This document shows positions 8,661-24,537 of a stretch of DNA of 64,000 bases, one piece after another (position 1 is the first letter of the stretch; each line of letters begins with the position of its first letter). The notes under the pieces were generated by a model. It saw only the letters and a list, made by a program, of their open reading frames with translations. It made no database searches and was not told the origin of the DNA. Source of the stretch: Thermoanaerobaculales bacterium. Lineage in GTDB: Bacteria; Acidobacteriota; Thermoanaerobaculia; Thermoanaerobaculales; Sulfomarinibacteraceae. The translations under genes were made by a program, and so were the position numbers. Location of the stretch: the NCBI GenBank assembly GCA_025456145.1, contig JALOLD010000005.1:94486-158485 (forward strand). Direction: 5' to 3'.

Positions 8661-10306
8661 GACGCCTTCCTCCGGCCCCCGCCACGGCCGTACTTCCGCT
8701 CGCCGACGAGCACCAGCGTGATCTCCTGCTGGATGATCGAGATCACGTTGTTGGTCAGCCAGTAGAGCACCAGACCGGAGGGGAACTGCAGGAACATGAT
8801 GCCGAAGACCAGCGGCAGCATCCGCATGATGCGCTGCTGCTGCGGGTCGCCGGCCTGGGGCGCGAGCTTCTGCTGCAGCCACATCGTCGCGGTCATCAGG
8901 ATCGGGGTGACGTAGTAGGGGTCCTTCGCCGAGAGATCGTCGATCCACAGCACGAACGGTGCGTGGCGGAGCTCGATCGCGTGCAAGAAGAGCTGATAGA
9001 GAGCCCAGAGAATCGGCAGCTGGACGAGGACCGGCAGGCATCCGGCCATCGGGTTGACCCCCTCCTCCTTGTACAGGGCCATCGTCTCCTGGCTCATCTT
9101 GGCCCGCGCCTGGGGGTCGTTCTTCTTCTTCTTGTACTTCGCCTGGATCTCCTTGACCTTGGGCTGGACCTTCGCCATCTTCCGCATCGACACCGTCGAG
9201 GTGTGCATCAGCGGGAAGAGCACGATCCGGATCCCGACGGTCAGGAGGATGATCGCGGTCCCGTAGTTTCCGACCAGACCGTAAATCCACCACAGGGCTC
9301 GGAGGAAGAACACCGAGATGAAGCCGAAGATCCCGAAGTCGAGGGTCCGCTCGACGCCGCCGCCCAGGCCTTGAAGCAGATCGTACTGCTTCGGTGCGGC
9401 GAGCAGCTCGACGGAGAAGGCGGCCGACTCGGGCACGATCGCCACCCGCAGCGCTCGACTGAGCTTCGGCTCCTCGCCTTCGCTGGTCTCGGTGAACTCG
9501 ATCGGCTCGATCCGGATCTCCTCGATCCTCGTCCTCGGTCGGAGGAGGCTGACGAAGTAGGCGTCCTCGAGACCGGCATAGGCGACCACCCCGGGCTGGC
9601 GGATCACCGGCGCCTTGATCTTGGCGCGTTTGACCTTCTCGATCTCTCCGTCGGCGAGGACGATCCCGTCGCCCCAGACCGCCAGGCGGCTGTCGCGCTC
9701 CTCGGGACCGAGATCCCGAAGCCCGGTACCGGCGCTCAACGCGGCGCCTGACAACGCCCCCGCGAGGGACATCTCGACCTCGAGGCCGTAGCCCTCGCCG
9801 AGGGCGACGCTCTTGCGCACCGCCGAGCCCGCTCCGTCCGACCAGACCAGCTCGACCTGACCGGCGGCGGGCTGCTCGATCCGATAGAGCCGGTCGTCGG
9901 GTCCGTCGGCGGTGACCAGCTGGAGCGGCAGCGCACGACTCGGCGCCGGCACCGACTGGACGAGGTCGAGGACCGCTCCCTGGTCGTCCGTGAAGCCGAG
10001 CAGCCTCAACGAGGTCACCGCCGCACCGCGGTTGCTCAGCTCGACCTCCATGACCCGGTTGGCCAGCGTGACGACCTGCTCCGTCGTACCGCCGATCGCC
10101 TGGCTCGTCTCGAGCCCGGCCTCCGCGCTCACGGTCCCCTGATCGACCGGCTCGCCGCCCGACTCGCCGGGAGTCGGGCTCGCCTCGGGCGTGGTCGGCG
10201 GGCTAGCCGCCGGTGCACCGACCGGCGCCGGCGGCGGGAACAGCATCGACCACACGGCGAAGATCAGTGCCGACAGCACGAAGGCGAGCAGCAGTCGTTT
10301 CTCCAT
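8657..10306 (-). CDS. yidC: membrane protein insertase YidC
   Basis: 549 aa with an N-terminal TM, a large periplasmic domain, and the conserved C-terminal core (GCLPVLVQLPILWALY, PSGLVLYWLTNNVISIIQQ). Confidence 0.9.
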   Translation of the reverse strand: MEKRLLLAFVLSALIFAVWSMLFPPPAPVGAPAASPPTTPEASPTPGESGGEPVDQGTVSAEAGLETSQAIGGTTEQVVTLANRVMEVELSNRGAAVTSLRLLGFTDDQGAVLDLVQSVPAPSRALPLQLVTADGPDDRLYRIEQPAAGQVELVWSDGAGSAVRKSVALGEGYGLEVEMSLAGALSGAALSAGTGLRDLGPEERDSRLAVWGDGIVLADGEIEKVKRAKIKAPVIRQPGVVAYAGLEDAYFVSLLRPRTRIEEIRIEPIEFTETSEGEEPKLSRALRVAIVPESAAFSVELLAAPKQYDLLQGLGGGVERTLDFGIFGFISVFFLRALWWIYGLVGNYGTAIILLTVGIRIVLFPLMHTSTVSMRKMAKVQPKVKEIQAKYKKKKNDPQARAKMSQETMALYKEEGVNPMAGCLPVLVQLPILWALYQLFLHAIELRHAPFVLWIDDLSAKDPYYVTPILMTATMWLQQKLAPQAGDPQQQRIMRMLPLVFGIMFLQFPSGLVLYWLTNNVISIIQQEITLVLVGERKYGRGGGRRKAS

Positions 10307-10348
10307 CTGGCTCCAGACCTTCCACGCGCGGCCGGTCCGCCGACCCGG

Positions 10349-10723
10349 TCAGGGTCGCCCGGTCTCGATCCTCGCTCTCAGTCGTTCAAGACAGTCGTCG
10401 AAGTCGCGCTCGAGGACCGCCCAGGGCGCGGTTGCGCAGCTCGTTCGCGCGTTCGCGACGACGTCGACCGAGCGGAGGAACCTGGTCTCCCGCCGCAGGC
10501 GGTACAGCTCCCGGAGCCGCCTCTTCACGCGGCTCCGGACGACGGCACCGCCGATCCGCTTCGTCGCGGTCACGCCGAAGCAGCCGTCTCCCTCGGTCTT
10601 GAACGCGAACAACACCATGTGCCGCCCAGCGACCCGCACTCCAAGGCCGTAGACACGCTGAAACTCCGCACGCCGGCGCAGCCGGCCGGCGCGCGGAAAT
10701 CTCCATCGCCGCTCAGACGGCAA
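10349..10723 (-). CDS. rnpA: ribonuclease P protein component
   Basis: 124 aa with [12 protein letters not shown] and the basic [18 protein letters not shown] region. TTG start. It lies between rpmH and yidC as in most bacteria. Confidence 0.8.
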   Translation of the reverse strand: MPSERRWRFPRAGRLRRRAEFQRVYGLGVRVAGRHMVLFAFKTEGDGCFGVTATKRIGGAVVRSRVKRRLRELYRLRRETRFLRSVDVVANARTSCATAPWAVLERDFDDCLERLRARIETGRP

Positions 10724-10847
10724 TCCGCTTGCGGCCCTTGCGCCGACGGGCGGCGAGCACCCTTCGACCGTTTTTGGTTCGCATCCGAATGCGGAACCCG
10801 TGGGTCTTTTTCCGCCGCCGGTTGTTGGGTTGAAACGTCCTCTTCAT
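10713..10847 (-). CDS. rpmH: 50S ribosomal protein L34
   Basis: Hand translation gives [44 protein letters not shown]. It is not listed in the ORF track (too short). It overlaps the rnpA start by 11 nt. Confidence 0.95.
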   Translation of the reverse strand: MKRTFQPNNRRRKKTHGFRIRMRTKNGRRVLAARRRKGRKRIAV

Positions 10848-10956
10848 GGTCACCACACTCCCAAGTTCTTCGGGCGCGCAACCTTACTTCACGACCGCCC
10901 GGGTGTCAAGCGCGGTCGCCGCCACCTCTCGGTCCGGCCTGTGCTAGCCTGGGGCG

Positions 10957-12243
10957 ATGGACCTCTGGGTCGAGCTCCAACCGCATCTTCAGCAGCTCCT
11001 CGGTGCCGAAGACTACCGGACGTGGATCGAGCCGCTCGCGGTCCGACAGGCCACCGGAACCTCACTCGCCCTCGCCTGCGACAACGCGATCGTCACCGAG
11101 TGGGTCCGCGACCACCTGCTTCGCGACATCGAGACCGTCGCCCGCAGCCGGTTCGGCTCGGGCTTTGTCGTGACCATCGACTCGACCCGGGGCGGAGACC
11201 CGCCGAGTGCCGCGACCGGTTCGTTCGCGCGGGGCTATCCCTTCTCGCCGAGCTTCACCTTCGAGCGCTTCGTCCAGGGGCCATCGAACCAGTTCGCCGC
11301 GGCCGCCGCGCAGGCGGTTGCCGAGCGCCCCGGAAAGGCCTACAACCCGCTCTACATCTACGGCGGGTCGGGTCTTGGCAAGACCCATCTCCTGCACGCC
11401 ATCGGTCTTCGGGTCGCCGCTGCCGATCCGTCGCGGAAGATCACCTACATGACCACGGAGCAGTTCGTCAACGAGCTCATCAACTGCATCCGTCGCCAGC
11501 AAATGGAGGCCTTCCGGCAGACCTTTCGGGGAGTCGATGTGCTGCTCCTCGACGACATCCAGTTCATCGCCGGCAAGGAGCGGACCCAGGAGGAGTTCTT
11601 CCACACCTTCAACACCCTCCAGTCGACCGGACGTCAGGTCGTCTTCACCTCGGACGCCCGGCCGGCCGACATCCCCGGCCTCGAGGAACGGCTGCGCTCG
11701 CGGTTTCTCCAGGGGCTGATCGCCGACATTCAACCTCCGGATCTCGAGACTCGCTGTGCGATCCTCCGCGAGAAGGCCCGGGCGGTCGGCTGGGAGCTTC
11801 CCGAGGACACCGTGCTCTTCATCGCCCGCCGAGTCCAGAAGAACGTGCGTGAGCTCGAGGGCTGTCTCAACCGCTCAATCGCCTACGCCCAGCTGAAGAA
11901 CGTCAGGATCTCGGTCGACGTGGTCAGAATGGCGCTCTTCGAGCTCCTCCCGGACGAGCGCGAGACGACCCCCGCGGACATCATCCGGTTTGTCGCCCAG
12001 CACTACGGGATCCGAGTCGCCGATCTCAAGGGCCGCTCGAACCGGCGCTCGATCGCGCTGCCCCGGCAGGTGGCGATGTACCTCATCCGCGACATCCTCA
12101 ACCTGAGCTTCCCGGAGATCGGAAAGGCCTTCGCCAAGCACCACTCGACGGTGATGTATGCCGTCGACTCGATCACCAAGATGCGCCTGTCGAACCCCGA
12201 CTTCGACGCCACGCTGACCTCCTTCCGCGACCACTTCAGCTAG
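10957..12243 (+). CDS. dnaA: chromosomal replication initiator DnaA
   Basis: 428 aa with Walker A GGSGLGKTHLLHAIG, VDVLLLDDIQF, and the domain IV motif KHHSTVMYA. Confidence 0.95.
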   Translation: MDLWVELQPHLQQLLGAEDYRTWIEPLAVRQATGTSLALACDNAIVTEWVRDHLLRDIETVARSRFGSGFVVTIDSTRGGDPPSAATGSFARGYPFSPSFTFERFVQGPSNQFAAAAAQAVAERPGKAYNPLYIYGGSGLGKTHLLHAIGLRVAAADPSRKITYMTTEQFVNELINCIRRQQMEAFRQTFRGVDVLLLDDIQFIAGKERTQEEFFHTFNTLQSTGRQVVFTSDARPADIPGLEERLRSRFLQGLIADIQPPDLETRCAILREKARAVGWELPEDTVLFIARRVQKNVRELEGCLNRSIAYAQLKNVRISVDVVRMALFELLPDERETTPADIIRFVAQHYGIRVADLKGRSNRRSIALPRQVAMYLIRDILNLSFPEIGKAFAKHHSTVMYAVDSITKMRLSNPDFDATLTSFRDHFS

Positions 12244-12545
12244 GAGCCGGCGCCGCTTCGATGGCAAAACGGCGCCGCCGGGGGTGGGCGGCGCAGCCTC
12301 CTCGCCCGGGCCCTCCCTCGGTTTCGGTTTTCCACAGTTTGGCGCGGCGATCCTGCGGATCGCTGCGGACCGCCTGTGAATTCCGCAGCCTCCCGCAGCT
12401 CGCCCACAGACGACCGGTCCACCGAGGCCGATGAGCCACCGTCACTTGCGCCGTTTTTCCGCAGTTTCCACCGCCTCGACGGTGATGATCTACTATGCTA
12501 TATTTCCATCCGCTCGATACTTAGTCTTCGCCGAAAGGTCCTTCG
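12244..12545. other. candidate oriC (dnaA-dnaN intergenic)
   Basis: 302-nt non-coding gap with DnaA-box-like 9-mers: TTTTCCACA (12328-12336), TGTGAATTC (12375-12383), TTTTCCGCA (12455-12463) and TTTCCACC (12465-12472). A locally AT-rich stretch GATGATCTACTATGCTATATTTCCATC (about 12484-12510) follows. Strand bias of the flanking genes flips here. Confidence 0.5.
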
Positions 12546-13649
12546 ATGGAACTGAAACTGCAGCGAAACCTCGTGCTTCAGGAGCTTTCCATTCTCCAGG
12601 GGGTCGTCGAGCACCGGACGACGATACCGATTCTGTCGAGCATCCTGGCCGAGGCGGCCGACGGCCGGCTGCGGATGGTCGCCACCGATCTCGACATGAC
12701 CATCATGACCGACTGCCCGGCGGTGGTTCGCGGGGGTGGGCGGATCACCCTCGAGAGTCGGGTCTTTCAGAACCTGGTGAGAAACCTCCCGGAGGAGGAC
12801 TTCACCCTCCGCCTCGATGGCGATGCGGTGGAGATCGTCAGCGGCCGGTTTCGATCCCGAATGTCGGTCTCCGATCCGGCGGAGTATCCGACGATCCCCG
12901 AGGTTCCACCCGATGGCGGGTACTCGGTGCCGCTGGATCTTTTTCAGCTGATGCTCGACCGGGTCGCCTTTTCGATCACCAAGGACGATCCCAAGTTTCA
13001 GCTCAACGGGGCGCTGGTCAAGCTCCTGCCCGGCGAGATCGAGATCGCGGCGACCGACGGCCATCGCCTGGCGGTGGTCAGGGCGAACGCCCCCGAGGGT
13101 CAGCCGCCCTTCGAGCAGCAGCTCTTTCCTCGCAAGCTCCTCGCCGAGTTCGCGCGGTTTGGCGATGACAGCGTGAAGCTCTCGGCGAGCGACAACCATC
13201 TCGGTTTCCGGATGGGCGAGCGAACCCTGGTATCGCGGATCGTCGAGCTCCGCTTTCCCCAGTACGAGCGGGTCATCGTCCGTGACAACCCGTCCCGCGC
13301 GCGGGTCGACCGGAAGGAGCTCCTCGCCTCGTTGCGCCGGGTGAGCCTGATGGCCCACGAGAAGGCGCGCGGGGTGCGTTTCCGCTTCGACCCTTCGGGT
13401 GATCTCAGCCTGATCTCGATCGGCTACGAGCGCGGCAGCGCCGAGGAGACGCTCAACATCAGCTACCAGGGCGACGACCTCGAGATCGCGCTCAACGCCC
13501 AGTACGTCATCGACGTGCTGCAGACCCTGGAGTGCCCGACCGTCGAGCTCCAGCTCAAGGACGGCAACACCCAGTGTGTGCTCGTCCCGGTCGATGACGA
13601 CCCCCGGCTCGAGGAGTACGTCTACGTTCTCATGCCGATGCGGTTGTGA
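12546..13649 (+). CDS. dnaN: DNA polymerase III beta sliding clamp
   Basis: 367 aa starting MELKLQRNLVLQELSILQGVVEHRTTIPILSSILAEA..., with typical clamp length and N-terminus, directly after dnaA. Confidence 0.95.
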   Translation: MELKLQRNLVLQELSILQGVVEHRTTIPILSSILAEAADGRLRMVATDLDMTIMTDCPAVVRGGGRITLESRVFQNLVRNLPEEDFTLRLDGDAVEIVSGRFRSRMSVSDPAEYPTIPEVPPDGGYSVPLDLFQLMLDRVAFSITKDDPKFQLNGALVKLLPGEIEIAATDGHRLAVVRANAPEGQPPFEQQLFPRKLLAEFARFGDDSVKLSASDNHLGFRMGERTLVSRIVELRFPQYERVIVRDNPSRARVDRKELLASLRRVSLMAHEKARGVRFRFDPSGDLSLISIGYERGSAEETLNISYQGDDLEIALNAQYVIDVLQTLECPTVELQLKDGNTQCVLVPVDDDPRLEEYVYVLMPMRL

Positions 13650-13665
13650 CCCCAGCGCCGACCGG

Positions 13666-19738
<6,073 letters not shown>

Positions 19739-19762
19739 CCGGCCGGTCGTCCGGAGGACGCG

Positions 19763-20320
19763 ATGAGCGCGGCGCGGCGGTTCGAGCCGACCCCGGTCCG
19801 GGCGGTCTCGCTGGTCCACCAGGAGGGGGTGCTCGCCCTGGTCGGGCTGGTCGGGCTCTCCTTCGGCGACCGGGGAATCGGCGAGGCGCTCGCTCCGGTC
19901 GGGACGCTCACCGGAGCGCTCGCCGCCGGAACCGCCGCCGGCGCGGCGATCGTGGCCCTGCTCTGGGCGCTGCGCCGGCTTGCGCCGCTGCGCCGGCTCG
20001 AGCGCTGGCAGCGGGTGGTGGTCGAAGGGTGGACGGCGACCGACGCGGTCTCGGTGGCGGTGATCTCGGGGCTCGCCGAGGAGGTGCTGCTGCGGGCCCT
20101 TCTCCAACCGATCCTCGGGCTGGCCCCGGTTGCCATCCTCTTCGCCGCGCTCCATCTCGTGCCCGACCGGGAGCTCTGGTTCTGGCCGGTCTTCGCGTTG
20201 GCGACCGGGGTGGCGCTCGGCCTGCTGTACGATGGTCTCGGTTTCCCCGCGCCCGCGGCCGCGCACGTGCTGATCAACCTCGTCGCTCTGCTCCGGCTGC
20301 GTCGTCCGGCCCGGGAATGA
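19763..20320 (+). CDS. CPBP-family intramembrane metalloprotease (CAAX/Abi-like)
   Basis: 185-aa polytopic membrane protein with [10 protein letters not shown] (EExxxR), FAALH and HVLINL motifs in the expected order. Confidence 0.75.
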   Translation: MSAARRFEPTPVRAVSLVHQEGVLALVGLVGLSFGDRGIGEALAPVGTLTGALAAGTAAGAAIVALLWALRRLAPLRRLERWQRVVVEGWTATDAVSVAVISGLAEEVLLRALLQPILGLAPVAILFAALHLVPDRELWFWPVFALATGVALGLLYDGLGFPAPAAAHVLINLVALLRLRRPARE

Positions 20321-20379
20321 GCGCGCCGGCCGTGATCAATCGCGGGTGTACAATGCCCGCGGGTGCGGCCGGGGAGGTG

Positions 20380-21270
20380 ATGATGGGTACGGAAACGGAG
20401 CGCTTTCGAGTCAAGGTCGGCCTCGCCGAGATGCTCAAGGGCGGGGTCATCCTCGACGTCACCACGGCCGAGCAGGCGAAGATCGCCGAGGATGCCGGCG
20501 CCGCCGCGGTGATGGCCCTCGAGCGCGTGCCGGCCGACATCCGGGTTCAGGGCGGCGTCGCCAGGATGGCGGCCATCGAAAAGATCGTCGAGATCCAGGA
20601 GTGCGTGGACATCCCGGTGATGGCCAAGGTCCGGATCGGACACATCGTCGAGGCGCAGATGCTCGAGGCCCTCGAGGTCGACTTCATCGACGAGAGCGAG
20701 GTCCTGACCCCCGCCGACGAGGAGAACCACATCAGCAAGCACCGCTTCACGGTCCCCTTCGTCTGCGGTTGCCGAAACCTCGGCGAGGCACTGCGCCGGA
20801 TCGGCGAGGGCGCGGCAATGATCAGGACCAAGGGCGAGGCCGGGTCGGGCGACATCGTCGAGGCGGTCCGCCACCTGCGCGCGGTCAAACGGGCCATCGG
20901 GACCCTCACGGTCCTCGACGAGCACGAGCTGATGGCCGAGGCGAAGCTGCTCGGCGCCCCCTTCGAGCTCGTCGCCTGGGTCGCCGAGCACGGCCGTCTG
21001 CCGGTGCCGAACTTCGCCGCCGGCGGGGTCGCGACGCCCGCCGACGCCGCTCTGTGCATGACCCTCGGCGCCGAGGCGGTGTTCGTCGGCTCGGGCGTCT
21101 TCAAGTCCTCCGACCCGCCGCAGCGGGCACGGGCGATCGTCGAGGCCGTGACCCACTGGCAGGATCCGGCGCGTCTGGTCGAGATCTCGCGCGGCCTCGC
21201 CGAGCCGATGTCGGGTCTCGAGGCGAGCAAGCTCACCTCGGAGGAGATGCTGTCGCGCCGAGGGTGGTGA
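20380..21270 (+). CDS. pdxS: pyridoxal 5'-phosphate synthase lyase subunit PdxS
   Basis: From the ATG at 20380 after GGGGAGG: [41 protein letters not shown]...[11 protein letters not shown]...RTKGEAGSG. The rest of track ORF 20029.. is an upstream extension. Confidence 0.95.
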   Translation: MMGTETERFRVKVGLAEMLKGGVILDVTTAEQAKIAEDAGAAAVMALERVPADIRVQGGVARMAAIEKIVEIQECVDIPVMAKVRIGHIVEAQMLEALEVDFIDESEVLTPADEENHISKHRFTVPFVCGCRNLGEALRRIGEGAAMIRTKGEAGSGDIVEAVRHLRAVKRAIGTLTVLDEHELMAEAKLLGAPFELVAWVAEHGRLPVPNFAAGGVATPADAALCMTLGAEAVFVGSGVFKSSDPPQRARAIVEAVTHWQDPARLVEISRGLAEPMSGLEASKLTSEEMLSRRGW

Positions 21271-21851
21271 TGCGCTGCGGCGTGCTCGCGCTCCAGGGCG
21301 ACTGGGCGGCCCATCTCGCCGTGCTCGACCGTCTCGGGACGGCGGGCCTCGCGGTCCGCAGTGCGGCCGATCTTGCGGCGGTCGAGGCGCTGGTCCTGCC
21401 CGGCGGCGAGTCGACCGCGATGCTGCGCCTGATGGAGGCCGAGCGGCTCGATGAGAGGATTGCCGACCGCATCGACCACGGCATGCCGGTGCTCGCGACC
21501 TGCGCCGGGGTCATCCTGCTGGCGCGGCGGTGCGAGCCCGACCAGCCGAGCCTCGACCGGCTCGACGTCGATGTGGCGCGCAACGCCTTTGGCCGGCAGG
21601 TCCACTCGCGGGTCGCCACCGTCGAGCTCGCGGCCGCGCTCGGCCCGCCCCCCCGGCTCGACGGGGTGTTCATCCGGGCGCCGAGGATCCTCCGCGCCGG
21701 ACCGGGGGTCGAGGTCCTCGGCCGGCTCGACGGCGAGCCGGTGCTGCTTCGTCAAGGCGGCATTCTCGCCGCGACCTTCCACCCCGAGCTGACCGGCGAT
21801 CTGCGGGTCCACCGCATGCTGGTCGACCGAGGAGCACACGATGGCCGATGA
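21270..21851 (+). CDS. pdxT: pyridoxal 5'-phosphate synthase glutaminase subunit PdxT
   Basis: [12 protein letters not shown]...LPGGESTAM...ATCAGVILL...ATFHPELT. The start overlaps the pdxS stop (TGATG). Confidence 0.9.
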   Translation: MRCGVLALQGDWAAHLAVLDRLGTAGLAVRSAADLAAVEALVLPGGESTAMLRLMEAERLDERIADRIDHGMPVLATCAGVILLARRCEPDQPSLDRLDVDVARNAFGRQVHSRVATVELAAALGPPPRLDGVFIRAPRILRAGPGVEVLGRLDGEPVLLRQGGILAATFHPELTGDLRVHRMLVDRGAHDGR

Positions 21852-22599
21852 ACGGGTACGCCGCGTGGAGAGCCGGGGGCTCTTCCAGCTGGTGTTGAAC
21901 GACGGGCCGAACGCCCTCAACCTCGAGCTCATGGGGGCGCTGACCGGGGCGCTGGCCGAGCTGCGAACGGTCGGCGCGCCGCCGGTGCTGCTGCGGTCCT
22001 CGCACCCGACCCTGTTCTGCCCGGGGTGGGATCTCAAACGCCTGGCGGGGGCCGGGCGCGAAGAGGTCGCCTCCTACCTCGCGAGCTTCAACGCGCTCGT
22101 CCTCGAGCTCTTCAGCTACCCGGGTCCGACCGCCGCGGCGATCGCCGGTCACGCGGTGGCGGGGGGCCTGCTGCTGACGATGTGCTGCGATCTCCGCGTC
22201 ATGGCCACCGGCCGGCCCCGCGTCGGGCTGTCCGAGCTCAACCTCGGCGTGCCCCTTCCGGCATCCAGTCTGATCGTGCTCAACCGCCGCCTGACGTCCT
22301 TTGCGGTCGAGGAGCTGGTGGTCGGCGACGGCTGCTCGGCCGAACGGGCCCGGTCGCTGCGGATCGTCCACCGGGGGGCCGATCCCGAGCGGGTCGTCGC
22401 CGAGACCGAGAGCGAGCTCGGCCGGCTCGCGGCGAAGCCGGCCCGGGCGTTTGCCGAGACCAAGCGGCTCCTCCTCGGTGATAGCTGGGCACGAATGGCC
22501 GAGCCGCGACCCGGCGACGACGCGGCGTTTCTCGACTGCTGGCTCTCGCCCGAGACCCAGCAGCGGATCGCGGCGACGGTGGCCCGCCTGGGCGCCTGA
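21841..22599 (+). CDS. enoyl-CoA hydratase/isomerase (crotonase) family protein
   Basis: 252 aa with crotonase-fold motifs FCPGWDLK and AIAGHAVAGGLLLTMCCDLRV. Substrate is unknown. Confidence 0.75.
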   Translation: MADERVRRVESRGLFQLVLNDGPNALNLELMGALTGALAELRTVGAPPVLLRSSHPTLFCPGWDLKRLAGAGREEVASYLASFNALVLELFSYPGPTAAAIAGHAVAGGLLLTMCCDLRVMATGRPRVGLSELNLGVPLPASSLIVLNRRLTSFAVEELVVGDGCSAERARSLRIVHRGADPERVVAETESELGRLAAKPARAFAETKRLLLGDSWARMAEPRPGDDAAFLDCWLSPETQQRIAATVARLGA

Positions 22600-22628
22600 C
22601 GGCCCGCGAACCGCGCCCGCCGATGAGG

Positions 22629-23408
22629 TCAGAACGAGTAGGTTCGGTCCTGGACCAGCTCCTCGATCCAGCGGCCGGTGACGGCGGAGGCGAGCTCGCT
22701 GCGCAGCTCGTCGACATAGGGCGGCTTGAAGTGGTAGATCAGCACCGGGACGTCACGGTGGAGCTTGGCGAGCTCGATGGCCAGGGTCGCCGGCGTCAGG
22801 TGGAGGCTGATGTCCGCGACCGCCTGGAGTCGGTTCGGGAACGAGCACTCGGTGATGACCGCCCGGAGATCGGGGGTCGTGTTGGCGACCTCCCAGATCC
22901 GCTCGGTGGGTCCGGTGTCGGAGGTGAAGATGATGCTCGACCCGGCCTGACGGAGGACGAAGCCCGTCGTCGGAACGATGTGGTTGACCGGCACGGCCGT
23001 GACCTCGAGATCCCCACCCGGAAGGCCGGAGATCTCGAACGGCTGCTCGGCGACGATCTCGTGGAAGCGGACCGACGGCTCGAGGTGGTCGGGGATCCGC
23101 GTGAAGTCCGGCCAGGTGTCGTTGTTGAACAGGTGCCGTCGGACCGCGCCGAGGACCCGCTTGGCGCAGTAGATCGACACCGGGTCGGGGTGAGTGCCGA
23201 AGATGTTCTCGATCAGAAAGGGCAATGTCGCGGTGTGGTCCATGTGGGTGTGCGACACGAGGACGTGGCGGACCCGCCGCTGCTCGTCGATCGTCAGCGC
23301 GCGGGTGATCGCCCCGGCGTCGACCACGACGACGCCGTCGATGAGAAACGAGGTCATCCGGCAGGTCGGGCTGTCACCGCCGAAGCTCCCGAGAACCCTG
23401 AGGTCCAT
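22629..23408 (-). CDS. MBL-fold hydrolase, class II 3',5'-cyclic-nucleotide phosphodiesterase-like
   Basis: 259 aa starting MDLRVLGSFGGDS...FLIDGVVVVDAG, with the HTHMDH metal motif. The overall pattern resembles the PDEase_II family. Confidence 0.7.
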   Translation of the reverse strand: MDLRVLGSFGGDSPTCRMTSFLIDGVVVVDAGAITRALTIDEQRRVRHVLVSHTHMDHTATLPFLIENIFGTHPDPVSIYCAKRVLGAVRRHLFNNDTWPDFTRIPDHLEPSVRFHEIVAEQPFEISGLPGGDLEVTAVPVNHIVPTTGFVLRQAGSSIIFTSDTGPTERIWEVANTTPDLRAVITECSFPNRLQAVADISLHLTPATLAIELAKLHRDVPVLIYHFKPPYVDELRSELASAVTGRWIEELVQDRTYSF

Positions 23409-23458
23409 CCACGGAGTATACCCGACGAGTCGGTCGCCGGTGGCGGTACCATGGTGCG

Positions 23459-24511
23459 ATGAGGGAGCCCGGTCAGCAGCCTCGCCTCCGTCTCGCCCTG
23501 CTGCTCGCGGGGGGCGGGCGGGCGACCCGTCAGCTCCTCGGCGAAGGCGACGGCGGCGGGCCGCTCTGGGCCAGGGCCCCGGCCGCGCTCAAGACCGAGG
23601 TCGCCCGGCTGCTCGACGACGAGGTGCCGAACGTGCTCGCCTGGGCGAAGCGTGCGGGCTGGCGGTGGCTGGTTCCCGGCGACCGCGACTATCCGACCGC
23701 CCTCGCCCACACCGCGGACCCGCCCCTCGGCCTGTTCGTCCGCGGCGAGCTTCGCCCGGACCCGGTGGTGGCGGTCGTCGGGTCGCGGAGGGCCACGTCG
23801 TACGGGCGTCAGGTCGCGCGGGCGCTCGGCGAGGAGCTGGCCCGGGCCGGGGTCGTGGTGGCGTCGGGGATGGCGCGCGGCGTCGACGCGGCGGCCCACG
23901 AGGGGGCGCTTCAGGCCGGCGGGCCGACCTGGGCGGTCTGGGGGTCCGGACCCGACCAGGTCTACCCGCCCGAGCACCGCGAGCTGGCGCTCGCGATCGC
24001 CGAACACGGCGCCCTCATCACCGAGTACCTGCCCGGCGTCGGCCCGCGCAAGCACCACTTCCCGGAGCGCAACCGGGTGCTCGCCGGTCTCGCCTCGGCG
24101 GTGGTCGTCGTCGAGGCCGCGGCGCGCTCGGGCGCGCTGATCACCGCCCGCCTGGCCCTCGACGAGGGCCGTGAGGTCCTGGCGGTTCCCGGGAGCATCC
24201 TGTCCGAGCTCTCGGTCGGGCCCAACACCCTGCTCAGGCTCGGCGCACGGCCACTCCTCACCCCGGGCGACGTGCTCGAGGCGATCGGCTGCACGCCGTC
24301 CCCCGGGGCCGCCGGCCAGATCGTCGCCCACCCCCTTCTCGACCACCTCCCGCCCGGCGAGCGCGCCTCGACCGACGAGCTCGCCGCGCGGTCCGGCTTG
24401 GCGCTCGGCGAGGTCCACGCGGCGCTCTTAGACCTCGAGCTCGAGGGCGCCGTGGTTCGTCTCGCCGACGGGCGGTTCGAGCGACGGCAGGCCCGACCGG
24501 CGGCGGAGTAG
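23459..24511 (+). CDS. dprA: DNA processing protein DprA (Smf)
   Basis: 350 aa with VVGSRRATSYGRQVA, SGMARGVDAAAHEGAL, FPERNRVLAGL and a C-terminal winged-helix-like tail. Confidence 0.9.
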   Translation: MREPGQQPRLRLALLLAGGGRATRQLLGEGDGGGPLWARAPAALKTEVARLLDDEVPNVLAWAKRAGWRWLVPGDRDYPTALAHTADPPLGLFVRGELRPDPVVAVVGSRRATSYGRQVARALGEELARAGVVVASGMARGVDAAAHEGALQAGGPTWAVWGSGPDQVYPPEHRELALAIAEHGALITEYLPGVGPRKHHFPERNRVLAGLASAVVVVEAAARSGALITARLALDEGREVLAVPGSILSELSVGPNTLLRLGARPLLTPGDVLEAIGCTPSPGAAGQIVAHPLLDHLPPGERASTDELAARSGLALGEVHAALLDLELEGAVVRLADGRFERRQARPAAE

Positions 24512-24537
24512 GGGGGCGAGATGCGCTGGAGGGTCGG

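Noticed and set aside
10307-10348. yidD between rnpA and yidC
   Set aside because: The gap is only 42 nt and no small ORF with the YidD Cys/Pro motif is present.
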